64,000 nt of DNA, taken from an uncultured Myxococcales bacterium (GTDB taxonomy: Bacteria > Myxococcota > UBA727 > JABDBI01). Below, in pieces: positions 19,832 to 30,110 of the stretch; the first letter of the stretch is position 1, and each line of letters opens with the position of its first letter. The notes beneath the pieces were generated by a model, which saw only the letters and a list, made by a program, of their open reading frames with translations, did not search any database and was not told the DNA's origin. The translations under genes were made by a program, and so were the position numbers. The stretch is from NCBI GenBank assembly GCA_964368985.1, contig CAYJDW010000005.1, forward strand, positions 1,513-65,512, written 5' to 3'.

Positions 19832-20551
19832 ATGAATAAAAGGTTAGTAATGAAAACAATAACTAAGCCCTTTGGGCGCTATTTGGTCTTAATATTAGCC
19901 ACGCTGTTAGCAGTCTCATGCGGAAGTGATAAATCTGAGGAAGCTGCTTTTCTTGCAAAAAAACGGGGGCAAACCGAAACACTTAATAATGAAGCGACGC
20001 ACACTCCATCCATGAATGAAACTGCCCAACCTCTTCCTCTCGAGGAAGCTCCGGTGGTGCAGCCTGTTGCAAGTTATAGCCCCACGATCCCTGGGCCCTC
20101 TTCACTCCCTTTAACGGTGCAAAACGTGGGGACCAACTTTAGCACCTCCACGCCACAGAATGACAAAACGCCCTTTGACGTGCCAGCAGCTAATACTCAA
20201 TTGGGTTTAGGTAATTTTAGCCAAGGCTTTAACACCACCATGCCATATTATTGTGACATCACTCGCTACCCCGCTCACATTGTCAACGCCATCGCTGCTT
20301 GTAAGCCCTTTTGGAGCCCAATCAGTAATGGCCCCATCCCATGGACAGATTTGAATCGCCATGGACGTGATGACTATGGCTATGGCCGCTATGGCCGCGG
20401 CCGTGGATTATTGGATCGCTACGATGAAGATGATGATGGCCGGGATTTTCGAGATGGCTTAGAAAGACGTAATGGACGCGAAGAAAGAGCGTGGAAGAGA
20501 GTTCACCGTAAGGATCGGCACAATAGTTATGATCGTTACGATCGTTATTAG
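19832..20551 (+). CDS. Lipoprotein with an Arg/Asp/Tyr-rich low-complexity C-terminal tail
   Basis: Lipobox-like ...LLAVSC. Pro/Ser/Thr-rich linker. Tail RYGRGRGLLDRYDEDDDGRDFRDGLERRNGREERAWKRVHRKDRHNSYDRYDRY. Confidence 0.55.
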   Translation: MNKRLVMKTITKPFGRYLVLILATLLAVSCGSDKSEEAAFLAKKRGQTETLNNEATHTPSMNETAQPLPLEEAPVVQPVASYSPTIPGPSSLPLTVQNVGTNFSTSTPQNDKTPFDVPAANTQLGLGNFSQGFNTTMPYYCDITRYPAHIVNAIAACKPFWSPISNGPIPWTDLNRHGRDDYGYGRYGRGRGLLDRYDEDDDGRDFRDGLERRNGREERAWKRVHRKDRHNSYDRYDRY

Positions 20552-20556
20552 GGCAT

Positions 20557-20586
20557 AAGGCCGGTTTATACCGGCCTTTTTTTATT
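20557..20586 (+). terminator. Rho-independent terminator
   Basis: AAGGCCGG-TTTATA-CCGGCCTT followed by a T-run. Confidence 0.6.
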
Positions 20587-20644
20587 GCCCGGCGAAATAA
20601 AAAGATTGCACCATCACTAGTGTTAGCAGCGACAAGGAGCAAGG

Positions 20645-21676
20645 ATGGTCTTAAAAATTGCCGGTACAACTATCAGCCCTGGGGAACGACGCTGTGTGAT
20701 GATTCCTTTGCCAAACTTGTATCATAGCGAGCCCGTATTGATGCCGACTCACATCATTGCGGGTCATAAACCTGGACCCACTTTATTGATCAGCGCGGCC
20801 GTCCATGGCGATGAAATTAATGGCACCGAAATTATCCGCCGCCTCTTAAAACTCCGATTCATCAAGTCTTTGACCGGTACGCTCATCGCTGTGCCCGTGG
20901 TTAATGTCTATGGTTATCTTTATCAATCGCGCTATTTAATGGATCGCAGAGATTTAAATCGCTCATTTCCCGGCAGCTCGTCGGGCTCTATAGCAGCGAG
21001 GCTTGCTAAATTATTGGTGACGGAACTCATTAGTAAAGCCAGTCACTTGATCGATCTGCACACCGGCGCCCTACACCGCAGTAATATGCCGCAAATTCGG
21101 GCATCACTCCACAATAAAGAAACTTTAGAACTTTCGAAGGTCTTTGATGCACCGGTTATTATCGATTCCCGCGAACGGGATGGCTCCTTGCGCCAAATGG
21201 CCTCCGACTTAAAAAAACCCTTTGTGCTCTATGAAGTTGGTGAAGCGCTGCGCTTTGATGACTTTGGCATAAAGATCGGGGTCAGGGGCATTGTCAATGT
21301 CATGCGCCACTTAGGCATGCTCGAAGATAACAAACTAAAACACCGGCCTTCGGATGCTGCAATTATTTCCTCCACCCATTGGATCAGAGCTGAAGAAAGC
21401 GGAAATTTGCAAAGCTATAAAAAACTCGGTGCCAAAGTGAACAAGGGCGAAGTAATCGGCACTATTTCTAACCCCTTTGATTTAAGTGTCAGCGAGGTCA
21501 TTTCCCCCTACAAAGGAATATTAATCGGCTATTGCAAATTGCCCCCCGTGCACGAAGGACAGGCCTTGTTTCACATCGGTTTATTGGAGAAACCACTTGA
21601 TTGTCATGTCCAAATCAATCAGTTGGAAGACTTAATTCCCAAAGACGTCGCGACTTTTTTCCCCGAGGGATTCTGA
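20645..21676 (+). CDS. Succinylglutamate desuccinylase / aspartoacylase-family Zn deacylase
   Basis: LISAAVHGDEINGTEII...RDLNRSFPG...IDLHTG is the AstE/AspA family signature. Confidence 0.7.
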   Translation: MVLKIAGTTISPGERRCVMIPLPNLYHSEPVLMPTHIIAGHKPGPTLLISAAVHGDEINGTEIIRRLLKLRFIKSLTGTLIAVPVVNVYGYLYQSRYLMDRRDLNRSFPGSSSGSIAARLAKLLVTELISKASHLIDLHTGALHRSNMPQIRASLHNKETLELSKVFDAPVIIDSRERDGSLRQMASDLKKPFVLYEVGEALRFDDFGIKIGVRGIVNVMRHLGMLEDNKLKHRPSDAAIISSTHWIRAEESGNLQSYKKLGAKVNKGEVIGTISNPFDLSVSEVISPYKGILIGYCKLPPVHEGQALFHIGLLEKPLDCHVQINQLEDLIPKDVATFFPEGF

Positions 21677-21703
21677 CCAGCATAATCATCGTTAGCCTCA
21701 CGC

Positions 21704-21737
21704 CGTCGTAGCGAGCGCGCTCCGCTCGCCACGACGA
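21704..21737. repeat. GC-rich hairpin (CGTCGTAGCGAGCG...CGCTCGCCACGACG)
   Basis: 14-bp inverted arms with one mismatch. It shares the GCGAGCG core with the element at 49649-49719. Likely a terminator for the upstream gene. Confidence 0.5.
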
Positions 21738-21809
21738 TATTTAGGGATTATTTTAAGTCATTCCAAGGTTATAAATTCAGCTAACTTGCACCAAGGATAC
21801 AACCTAAAA

Positions 21810-22949
21810 ATGATGAGATCAGCGTGCCTATTTCTTCTCTCTTTCTGTGTTTCCACCATGAGCTATGCCTACATCCAATCGGGCACCATTCTCAATCTCG
21901 AGGATGGCCGCCAAATTATTTTATTTGGCGACAAATACGCGGGTGTTTCGCAATCCTGGAACGACCAGAGCGTGCCGATTATTCTCGATGGCCTAAAAAA
22001 CTTGGCCCTTAAATATCCCGCTTCCAAGATCGACTTTAGTTTTCAAGATCCCTCGGTGTACGGCGCCGGAAAGAATCTGAAAAAGGTTTTGACTGATTTA
22101 AGGAGTGAGCTTCAGGGGCTGCCTGATAATTCCTTTGCGATCTTATTTCCCCTTATGGTTAGAAAGAATCCCGCTCTTTATATGCAAGAATTGCTAGAAA
22201 ATCCTGCTTTTCAGCCAAGCAGCGCTACGCTTGAGTTTCATGTTATGAACTTCATAAAACCGCCCAAGTTTTCATCCTTTTTGCTCGGGGCTTTAGCGAA
22301 AGGATTGGCTCAAGATCCCGGCCCTTGGCCCAAAAATTTGACGGCAAGAAGCAATGATCCTCGTGGACATCTGCGCTTGGCCTTTATTAAAGATAAGAAT
22401 TGGCTGCGCAAACTTGGGGCCAGTGTGGCCATGAAAAATCTCCTTGTGGCATCTCAAAAACTCCATGCTAAAATGAAGTTTGCACTCGACCCCGAACTCC
22501 CTGATTCAGTTAAAATCGGGCTAGAAAACTATTTCAATGAATTTTTAGCCGATGAAAATTCTCACCTCGAGGCTTTCGCTAATTTTGCATCGCTAAAAAG
22601 TGGGCAAGAAATTAGCGTAGAAGACCTTAACCAAAGCGTGGCTGAGTTAGCTGACAAAATCCCGATAGATGTCCTCTATCAATTTCTCAGCGAAGAAAGA
22701 AAGATGAGCGATATGTGCCCGGAGGGGCCGGTTATCGATATTTTGCTCACCTTGTTTGCCAAAAATCATCCTGACAAAATGATAGCGATCGTTGGCCATA
22801 AAATGGTCGAAAAAGTGGGACGTAGATTAAGTAACTTGGGCGTCGGAATAGAGAGCCAAATCCATATTGCGGATCCTAATCTCTTCCTCGGGGCTTTATC
22901 TAAAGACCCGAGCATCCTCGATAATCCGACGATTATCCCGCAATCGTGA
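21810..22949 (+). CDS. Secreted hypothetical protein (orphan)
   Basis: Signal peptide MMRSACLFLLSFCVSTMSYAY. No recognisable domain. Confidence 0.55.
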   Translation: MMRSACLFLLSFCVSTMSYAYIQSGTILNLEDGRQIILFGDKYAGVSQSWNDQSVPIILDGLKNLALKYPASKIDFSFQDPSVYGAGKNLKKVLTDLRSELQGLPDNSFAILFPLMVRKNPALYMQELLENPAFQPSSATLEFHVMNFIKPPKFSSFLLGALAKGLAQDPGPWPKNLTARSNDPRGHLRLAFIKDKNWLRKLGASVAMKNLLVASQKLHAKMKFALDPELPDSVKIGLENYFNEFLADENSHLEAFANFASLKSGQEISVEDLNQSVAELADKIPIDVLYQFLSEERKMSDMCPEGPVIDILLTLFAKNHPDKMIAIVGHKMVEKVGRRLSNLGVGIESQIHIADPNLFLGALSKDPSILDNPTIIPQS

Positions 22950-22959
22950 TTGAGTATCT

Positions 22960-23592
22960 CTAAAATCCTTGCCAAAATTCTGATGGGGTAATTTTGTCCA
23001 AGGATTCTAAGACATCGCTGAGGGATTTTTTGGAAGCCATCAAAATAGCCATAGCTTTTTCTTGCTCGATTTTATTCAAGCGGCGTTCTCGTTGGCTCTT
23101 CTCCTTCTCAGCCAAGAGCGCATCGCTAAGCATCTCGCCGGCATGAAGGGGATCAACTTTTTGACAGGCTTGTTCAATTTCAACTGCGCATTCCTGATAA
23201 ATCTCGTGGGTTTTCTCGTCGTAAATGTCATCATCTTCAACAACTAACAGCTCAGCAGCTTCCTGCAAAAATTCGCTCGGCCCAGGAACCGCCTCGACGA
23301 CAACCGGCACTGGTTCTTGGCTTGCGGCTGCAACTTCGTTCATCACATCGGATTCGCCGAGAACTCGACGCGCTCCCGCGACCGTGAACTTGCGATCGTA
23401 TAAAAGATGTTTTATCGCCGAAAAAAGAACGACATCTTCTTTGCGATAAATGCGCTGCCCACTGTGGGTTTTTTGAGAACGAATTTGCGGAAATTCGGCT
23501 TCCCAATAATGGATTTCATGAGGCTTCACGCTCAATAAAACAGCTACTTCCGATAATTTAAAAAAACTCTTTTTCGGCAATGTTTCACTCAT
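22960..23592 (-). CDS. MerR-family transcriptional regulator
   Basis: N-terminal HTH FKLSEVAVLLSVKPHEIHYWEAEFPQI...RIYRKEDV. Acidic C-terminal region. Confidence 0.65.
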   Translation of the reverse strand: MSETLPKKSFFKLSEVAVLLSVKPHEIHYWEAEFPQIRSQKTHSGQRIYRKEDVVLFSAIKHLLYDRKFTVAGARRVLGESDVMNEVAAASQEPVPVVVEAVPGPSEFLQEAAELLVVEDDDIYDEKTHEIYQECAVEIEQACQKVDPLHAGEMLSDALLAEKEKSQRERRLNKIEQEKAMAILMASKKSLSDVLESLDKITPSEFWQGF

Positions 23593-23705
23593 CAACAGCT
23601 CTCTCACTTTCACGCTTGCCCTCTTTTTTTATACAACTTTAACTAATAGTCTGAACCTAGTTTATAACAGACTTCAATTGGTTGAAATTTTAATTCAATA
23701 CTAAA

Positions 23706-25304
23706 TCATCGACATAAATCTCGCGCTACTGCTTCGCCAACTTTGAGCCCATCCACCGCTGCCGACATGATACCGCCGGCATAGCCTGCACCTTCACCGG
23801 CCGGATAAAGACCCTTGGTGTTGATACTTTGCCACGATTCATCCCGCTTTATGCGCACCGGCGAAGAAGTTCGAGTTTCAGCGCCGGTCAATACCGCATC
23901 ATGCATTGCAAAGCCAGGGATTTTCGCATCAAAGGCATTTAAGCCTTCGCGAATAGCCTGGATCGCAAAATCTGGCAACAAAGTGCTTAAATCCCCGAGC
24001 TTAACGCCTGGTTTATAAGATGGAATCACCTTACCCAAACTTTTTGAAGGTCGGCCGGCGAGAAAATCGCCCACGAGCTGGCCGGGCGCATCATAATTGC
24101 TGCCGCCCAAAATAAAGGCACGTTGCTCAATTTTGCGTTGAAAATCGATACCAGCGAGAGGACCACCAGGATAATCAAGCGGCGTAATATCCACCACAAT
24201 GCCACTATTGGCATTTCTCTCCACTCGAGAATATTGGCTCATGCCATTGGTCACGACATGGCCAGGCTCAGAGGTCGCCGCCACTACGGTTCCGCCCGGG
24301 CACATGCAAAAACTATAGACCGAACGATCATTGGCGCAATGATGCACCAATTTATAATCAGCAGCGCCTAAAAGAGGATTGCCTGCGTTTGCGCCATAAC
24401 GACATTTATCGATCATGGATTGAGGATGCTCAACCCGAAAACCAATGGAGAAAGGCTTTGCTTCGATATAAACGCCCACCTCATGCAGCATACTGAAGGT
24501 TTCACGAGCGCTATGTCCTACCGCCAAGACGACATGGCGACTCTTTAAAAGCTCGCCGCCCTGGAGCTGCACTCCCTCAATTTGCTGATTATTTATGAGG
24601 AGCTTTTCAACTTTACTGTCAAAACGGATCTCACCACCAAGAGCAATAATTTTAGCGCGCATTTTCTCCACCATCGAAACCAGGCGCAAAGTCCCGATAT
24701 GAGGCTTGGAAACATAAAGAATTTCAGCAGGCGCTCCCGCTTCAACGAATTCAGTGAGCACCTTGCGGCTGCGAAACTCTGGATCGCTTATAAGACTGTA
24801 AAGCTTGCCATCAGAAAAAGTGCCCGCCCCGCCTTCACCAAATTGCACATTAGAATTTGGATTAAGCTCGCGCTGACGCCATAAAGCAAAAGTATCTTTG
24901 GTACGCTGGCGAACGATTTTACCACGTTCTAGAATAATCGGCTTAAAGCCCATTTCGGCTAAAACTAAGCCTGCGAATAGACCGCAGGGGCCCATGCCAA
25001 TAACTAAAGGTCGCTCGCTCAAAGTGGGAGGAGCTTTTGCGACCAATTTATAGCGAGTATCGGGTGTGGGCCGAACTTCTGCATTGCCCTGCATCCGCTT
25101 AAAAACCGCGGCCTCATTGGAAAGCTCCAAATCAACCGTATAAATGAGCCAAATAGCGGTCTTTTTTCGCGCATCGACGCCCCGGCGAAAAACCTCAAGC
25201 TTTATAAGCTCTTCATCTTTGATGGATAAATATGACACGACCGCCCGTCGAAGCTCGGTCTCGCTGTGATTAAGCGGAAGTTTTAACTGAGTGATACGTA
25301 ACAT
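23706..25304 (-). CDS. FAD-dependent protein (COG2509-type NAD(FAD)-utilising dehydrogenase)
   Basis: Dinucleotide-binding VIGMGPCGLFAGLVLAEMG...ILERG, and GEGGAGTFSDGKL. Start taken at MLRITQLKL. Confidence 0.7.
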   Translation of the reverse strand: MLRITQLKLPLNHSETELRRAVVSYLSIKDEELIKLEVFRRGVDARKKTAIWLIYTVDLELSNEAAVFKRMQGNAEVRPTPDTRYKLVAKAPPTLSERPLVIGMGPCGLFAGLVLAEMGFKPIILERGKIVRQRTKDTFALWRQRELNPNSNVQFGEGGAGTFSDGKLYSLISDPEFRSRKVLTEFVEAGAPAEILYVSKPHIGTLRLVSMVEKMRAKIIALGGEIRFDSKVEKLLINNQQIEGVQLQGGELLKSRHVVLAVGHSARETFSMLHEVGVYIEAKPFSIGFRVEHPQSMIDKCRYGANAGNPLLGAADYKLVHHCANDRSVYSFCMCPGGTVVAATSEPGHVVTNGMSQYSRVERNANSGIVVDITPLDYPGGPLAGIDFQRKIEQRAFILGGSNYDAPGQLVGDFLAGRPSKSLGKVIPSYKPGVKLGDLSTLLPDFAIQAIREGLNAFDAKIPGFAMHDAVLTGAETRTSSPVRIKRDESWQSINTKGLYPAGEGAGYAGGIMSAAVDGLKVGEAVARDLCR

Positions 25305-25464
25305 TTGGCAATTCTCTTCGAAAAATCTCACGCTTATAACAGGCCCCCACGCTTGGCAATCTGGGTACGGGGTCATTTTAGGGCTAATGACTGCCTATCT
25401 CATTCCAGAGGCAGATGATAAAACACAATCTGAGCTAGCTAAAGCAATCCCAGCAACTGGCCCC

Positions 25465-25548
25465 CCTCGTCATCTTCGGGCTTGACCCGAAGATCCAGCG
25501 AAAGGGCTACGTAGAAGAGATCCTCGGGTCAAGCCCGAGGATGACATT
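25465..25548. repeat. Double-hairpin palindromic element (GTCATCTTCGGGCTTGACCCGAAGATC ... GATCCTCGGGTCAAGCCCGAGGATGAC)
   Basis: Two 27-bp arms that are reverse complements with 2 mismatches. Each arm is itself a hairpin. It shares the GTCATCCTCGGGCTTGACCC motif with the element at 61942-62080. Confidence 0.8.
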
Positions 25549-25568
25549 TTACCGATTTTACAGGAGAA

Positions 25569-25952
25569 CTAGCCACCACACCCGCAATCCTCAATCTTGA
25601 TAATTCTTTGAGTATTTCCCTTTAATTTTATTTTTTCCTGCTGATTATCTTGGTAAATCTTAATTTTGCTGCCTTCTTGACGCCAGGTGCCCTCCACCGC
25701 AGTGAGAGGGGCGTCAGCGCTTGCTTGCTCAAAAGAGGTATACTGACCATTGGCATCAAATTTAAAGCCTATGCGAGGAAAGGGGTTTAAAAAGGCATAA
25801 TCAGCGGGTCTATAGACGTCCCCTTTTTCATCGCCCCCGGAAAGCTCTCCGTGGGAAATATAATAGGTAATGCCAAAAATTTCTGGCAGAACGATAGTAG
25901 CCTGTAGCTGTGCCGCAAGAATCGCTAATATTAGCCATCCAAATCGTCTCAT
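25569..25952 (-). CDS. Small periplasmic hypothetical protein
   Basis: Signal peptide MRRFGWLILAILAAQLQA. Ends ...EDCGCGG. Confidence 0.45.
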   Translation of the reverse strand: MRRFGWLILAILAAQLQATIVLPEIFGITYYISHGELSGGDEKGDVYRPADYAFLNPFPRIGFKFDANGQYTSFEQASADAPLTAVEGTWRQEGSKIKIYQDNQQEKIKLKGNTQRIIKIEDCGCGG

Positions 25953-26254
25953 AAATAATCCTTCCGATGAGTTCACTTAGTCTATATGAACATAGGCTCG
26001 GCTCTTTTTCCTAGCGAAAACCTTATAAAAACAAGATCACAAAATTTGGCTTCAGAGAGAGAATTGTTTTTAGATAAAAAATCCAGCACAAACTCAACTA
26101 TTATTAGGTTAAAAAATACAGACCATTACAACGCGGTTCACCCAACAAACATTTTTTATATTCTGAAGAGGGCAAAAAGACAGCTAAAGACTATTGCCAA
26201 AATCGTTCTAATACTGTTGATTGGTAGTCAATCCACTGTGCAAATTGGAATTAT

Positions 26255-27610
26255 GTGAAAAATAAATCCTCCCTAGAGTCAAAGAAAACAATTCTGACGC
26301 TCTCATTTCAAAATATGCTTGCTCTGGCATCAATCAATATAATGCTGTTTCTTGACAGGATTATGTTGGCTAAATTTGGCAAGGAATATTTGAATGCTGC
26401 AGTTACTGCTGGTTCTTTGTGCAATATCTTTATTTTCGGGGCCGTTGCGGTGGTGGGCGTGGTTGATGTCTTTGTTGGGCGTTATTCCGGACAACATCAA
26501 CCACGCAAAATTGGGGCAATATTGTGGCAGATGATTTGGTTTTGTGCCTTACTTGCTGCCATTTTCCTCGTTATTGCTCAATTGGGCGCGCCTTATTTAT
26601 TTTCGTCCAGCGATCTAAGTCCTGAAGCGGAGAGCTATTTTCGCTGGCAAATGAGCATGGGAGCTTTGCCCGTATTGGTATCGGTCTTAACTTCCTTTTT
26701 TATTGGCACCCGGCGCTTTGCCTTTGTTTTAATCGCTGTCCTCTTGGCCAACCTCACCAAATTGGCCCTGCAATTCCCCCTTGTATTTGGCATCGAGGGT
26801 TATTTTCCTGGCCTTGGCATTAGAGGCGCAGTTATCGCCACCACCATAGCCAATCTGCTTCATTTAATCATTTTAGCGGCTATATTTTTTAATGCGAGCA
26901 ACCGCGCTACCTATGGCACCGCCGCTTATAAACTGCAGCCTCAGCTCTTTAAAAAATGCATGAAGCTTGGCATCCCCCAGTCCATGGGCACCACTATCAA
27001 TTATTCTACCTGGGCCATTGTGGTAAACATGCTTGCTGCCGCCGGCGAAAAACACTTAATGATGTATATCATTGTCGATAGCTTTTATACGCTGCTTGGC
27101 TTTTGTACTGAGGCGATGCAAAAAGCAGTTATGTATATTACAGCCAATCTTTTGGGAAGAAATAAATCCCATAAAATTCGCTTGATGCTTACCAATTCAA
27201 TATGGCTATTATTATTTATTTTAGGCATATTAGGATTTCCATTATTATTGTTTCCTCAATTAATAACCAATACCCTTGAAATTGGCGTCTTAACCACTGG
27301 AGAGATTTATTTGGCCTGCGTTGTTAGCTGGCTTTATTTATCTTTTGAAGGCATCACCTGGATTTTAAGCGGCCTTCTGACAGCTCTTGAAGATAATTTA
27401 TTTGTAGGCCCAGCCTATGCCATAGCTTCAATTTTCTTCGGTGTGGGCGGCACCTATTGCCTTACCGAATTGTGGTCTTGCGATTCCAACATCACCTGCT
27501 GGGTCACCGTAATCTACGGATTGGGCTATGCACTATTATTGTTGGTGAGATACAAGAAAATGGACCCGCAGCACCTTGGCACCACGAATCCCGTTTTACC
27601 CAGCGCCTAG
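26255..27610 (+). CDS. MATE-family multidrug efflux transporter
   Basis: About 12 TM helices. The N-terminal motif ...FQNMLALASINIMLFLDRIMLAKFG is typical of the MATE/NorM family. Confidence 0.75.
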   Translation: MKNKSSLESKKTILTLSFQNMLALASINIMLFLDRIMLAKFGKEYLNAAVTAGSLCNIFIFGAVAVVGVVDVFVGRYSGQHQPRKIGAILWQMIWFCALLAAIFLVIAQLGAPYLFSSSDLSPEAESYFRWQMSMGALPVLVSVLTSFFIGTRRFAFVLIAVLLANLTKLALQFPLVFGIEGYFPGLGIRGAVIATTIANLLHLIILAAIFFNASNRATYGTAAYKLQPQLFKKCMKLGIPQSMGTTINYSTWAIVVNMLAAAGEKHLMMYIIVDSFYTLLGFCTEAMQKAVMYITANLLGRNKSHKIRLMLTNSIWLLLFILGILGFPLLLFPQLITNTLEIGVLTTGEIYLACVVSWLYLSFEGITWILSGLLTALEDNLFVGPAYAIASIFFGVGGTYCLTELWSCDSNITCWVTVIYGLGYALLLLVRYKKMDPQHLGTTNPVLPSA

Positions 27611-27612
27611 AG

Positions 27613-27921
27613 CTATTCGATCAAGGCATGTCGCAATATCTGACTGGCTTTAAATGACAGTACCTTGCGAGCGGTAATTTCGATTTCTTCGCCAGTCTGG
27701 GGGTTACGGCCCCTTCTTTTGCGTTTTTGTCTTACTTCAAACTTGCCAAACCCTGAAAGTTTGACATGTTCGCCCCGCTCGAGCGATTTCTTGATTGACT
27801 CAAAAACTTTTTCCGTAATTTCAGAAGAATCCTTTTTAGAAAAACCGATTTTGCGATGAACACTTTCCACAATATCGGCCTTAGTTAAAGTCTTTGGATC
27901 ACTAGCCGCGCTTTCTACCAT
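27613..27921 (-). CDS. ihfA: Integration host factor subunit alpha
   Basis: LTKADIVESV..GFSKKDSSEI....GEHVKLSGFGKFEVRQKRKRRGRNPQTGEEIEITARKV closely parallels E. coli IhfA. Confidence 0.85.
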   Translation of the reverse strand: MVESAASDPKTLTKADIVESVHRKIGFSKKDSSEITEKVFESIKKSLERGEHVKLSGFGKFEVRQKRKRRGRNPQTGEEIEITARKVLSFKASQILRHALIE

Positions 27922-28234
27922 GTAGCACCCTGCTCCATATTCGTCTGTTTTGACCTACAAATGGTGCTAATATCCGACCACTTGCGACGCCAAAAGCAAA
28001 AAGATGTCATTAACAGAAGACCATTTTGCACGGGTCAAAGTCAAATTATTGAATAGATATGCCAGCTTGTGCTACCTCGCGTACTTAGGTCGCAAAAACA
28101 AAATTAAGTTATGGCATGAGATATTATTAAATTTCTTATTTATCTTGAATTATCTATTAGCAGAAACTTAAAACCCACTGTCATTGACAAATTTAATAGT
28201 GCTTATTAATACTTATTTAAATTATTACTATTTC

Positions 28235-29674
28235 ATGAGAAGTAAAATGCCTAAATTTTTAAGACATATAATCACTTTCTTTCTGTTGAATAATGTAGCG
28301 CTAACGATACATCCATCTGTGGAACCTTTGGAGAAATCCCAATATAAAGATTTTAACGTTGGTGAAGTACAACAGATAGATGATAAATTTTATGTAGGAA
28401 GAATGGTTAGCGCTGCAGGAGTAAAACTATGGCTCGTAATGGAAAAAATTGATGAGTCTAATTTCAGCTCTTGGCTTCAATACATTTCTGTTCAGAGCCA
28501 TCCACGTGCTATTGACTATGCTTATGCACTCGCAAAAGATAGTCCTTTGAAAGGAAATATCGCAGACGGCTCATGCCATTTCCAGAAGGTTTTATCGCAA
28601 ACCTCCTATAAAAATAACGAAATTTGGGTTGCTTATATCACTAAGGCCAAAACTCCATTTAAAATCATTGATAGGGACAATGGCCTTAGTGCTCATTATT
28701 CTGCCACAAATTGGCATATGAAAGATGATCGATTTGCCAAAGATATTGAAATGTTTATGACCGTTACCTCCACGCCGGAGGCTTTGATTACCTCTCATAT
28801 GGGTATTGCCGGCACGCTAGAAGGAATTCAAACTCGCCAAAAAGGAATATCGCTCGATTTACATTCATTTGCTGCGAAAGTTATGTTGATGCGTAATCAA
28901 CATCGTAAACTTATGGTGAATGCTCCCGTATTTGCTATGGAAAATTTAATTGCCAATTCTCTGCCCGATCATACTTTTGTAGGAACTCGGCAAATGCAGA
29001 AAGAAATGGAATATGCTCAGAATATTGACCTTGAACAATATATTGGCTTATACGAAACATCCCTTAAAGAACAGCTTCGCTCAACCGCACTCAACTACGC
29101 GACTACTAAAAACAATCAACTGAAGCGTGAAATGGAAGCATTTGATGCAGGCAGAAGAAAAGGCAGAACGAGAGAAGATTTGTGTCAATACGTCGTAAAG
29201 CTGACACCAGATCACCATTCAATTAATTTCGATTCAGAAAAAGAGATTTTCATTGTATCGGAAGAAAAAATAGAGGCGAGCTTTAAAAAGCAGTTAGAAC
29301 ATAAGTTTCACTGGTTTAAAAATCCGTATTACTTTCCGGCCTCTTCATCGACCATGCGATCGCAAGAGTTTCTTAAATTCATGGAAAAACATCCCCCTAT
29401 ATTATCCATCGGGCGAATACAGGAAGGCTTTAGCTGCATCATTTACGACCCAGCAAACCCTGAAATGGCATGGCTTAGCATTGATCAATCTAACCAAAAG
29501 ATATATGATTGGATGACTTTACAGCCTTTTGCTCCACTGGGTTTAACTCACTATATTGCAGTAGATTTGGTTGCACTTGCTAAGGTGAAGCCCCTCATTA
29601 AGATTGAGCCTCTAGAATTATATGAAAATTATGGCGCACCCTTAATAAACCAAATCTCAGACGACTTACTATAA
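28235..29674 (+). CDS. Hypothetical protein (orphan, probably exported)
   Basis: Hydrophobic N-terminus MRSKMPKFLRHIITFFLLNNVALT. No recognisable domain. Strongly AT-rich, as are both flanks. Confidence 0.55.
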   Translation: MRSKMPKFLRHIITFFLLNNVALTIHPSVEPLEKSQYKDFNVGEVQQIDDKFYVGRMVSAAGVKLWLVMEKIDESNFSSWLQYISVQSHPRAIDYAYALAKDSPLKGNIADGSCHFQKVLSQTSYKNNEIWVAYITKAKTPFKIIDRDNGLSAHYSATNWHMKDDRFAKDIEMFMTVTSTPEALITSHMGIAGTLEGIQTRQKGISLDLHSFAAKVMLMRNQHRKLMVNAPVFAMENLIANSLPDHTFVGTRQMQKEMEYAQNIDLEQYIGLYETSLKEQLRSTALNYATTKNNQLKREMEAFDAGRRKGRTREDLCQYVVKLTPDHHSINFDSEKEIFIVSEEKIEASFKKQLEHKFHWFKNPYYFPASSSTMRSQEFLKFMEKHPPILSIGRIQEGFSCIIYDPANPEMAWLSIDQSNQKIYDWMTLQPFAPLGLTHYIAVDLVALAKVKPLIKIEPLELYENYGAPLINQISDDLL

Positions 29675-30110
29675 AAGGAAATTTCGATACCGATGCCTTC
29701 TTTCATTGGAATAGGAAATGTGTTGGAAATCTTCACATTTCGCCCTTAGATTTTTTAAAGCAACCGCATTTGGAGTTTTTTGCTCGCTTGGAAGAATTTA
29801 AGATTGAAGGTTACATATTAGGTGCAAATTGTAATGATAACTATTTTTCACAAGATTTTATTAGTTATTTGAAGAGAAATAATAACCTAAAAATATTCAC
29901 ATTTAAACGATTATACCAACTGCATTAAATTACTTTTGGAGATAATACTTTAAACGAAGCACTTGGCAAGGATTATGACATAGCAACGTGGAAATGCACC
30001 GTTGCTTTTGCATTTGAACTGCTTGGGCGCTTCTGAAATAATTAGAATAGATTCGAGCTCGTTAAAGACCGAGCATAAAAGCAAGCGCGTGAACAAGAGC
30101 CCCTGTGCCC

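Noticed and set aside
20322-20669. His-rich minus-strand ORF (…HSGHSHSHHVHGD…)
   Set aside because: Antisense artefact of the repetitive GRY/DRY codons in the tail of the 19832-20551 lipoprotein.
23062-23506. Plus- and minus-strand small ORFs inside the MerR-family gene
   Set aside because: Overlap a better-supported regulator gene. Their products are low-complexity.
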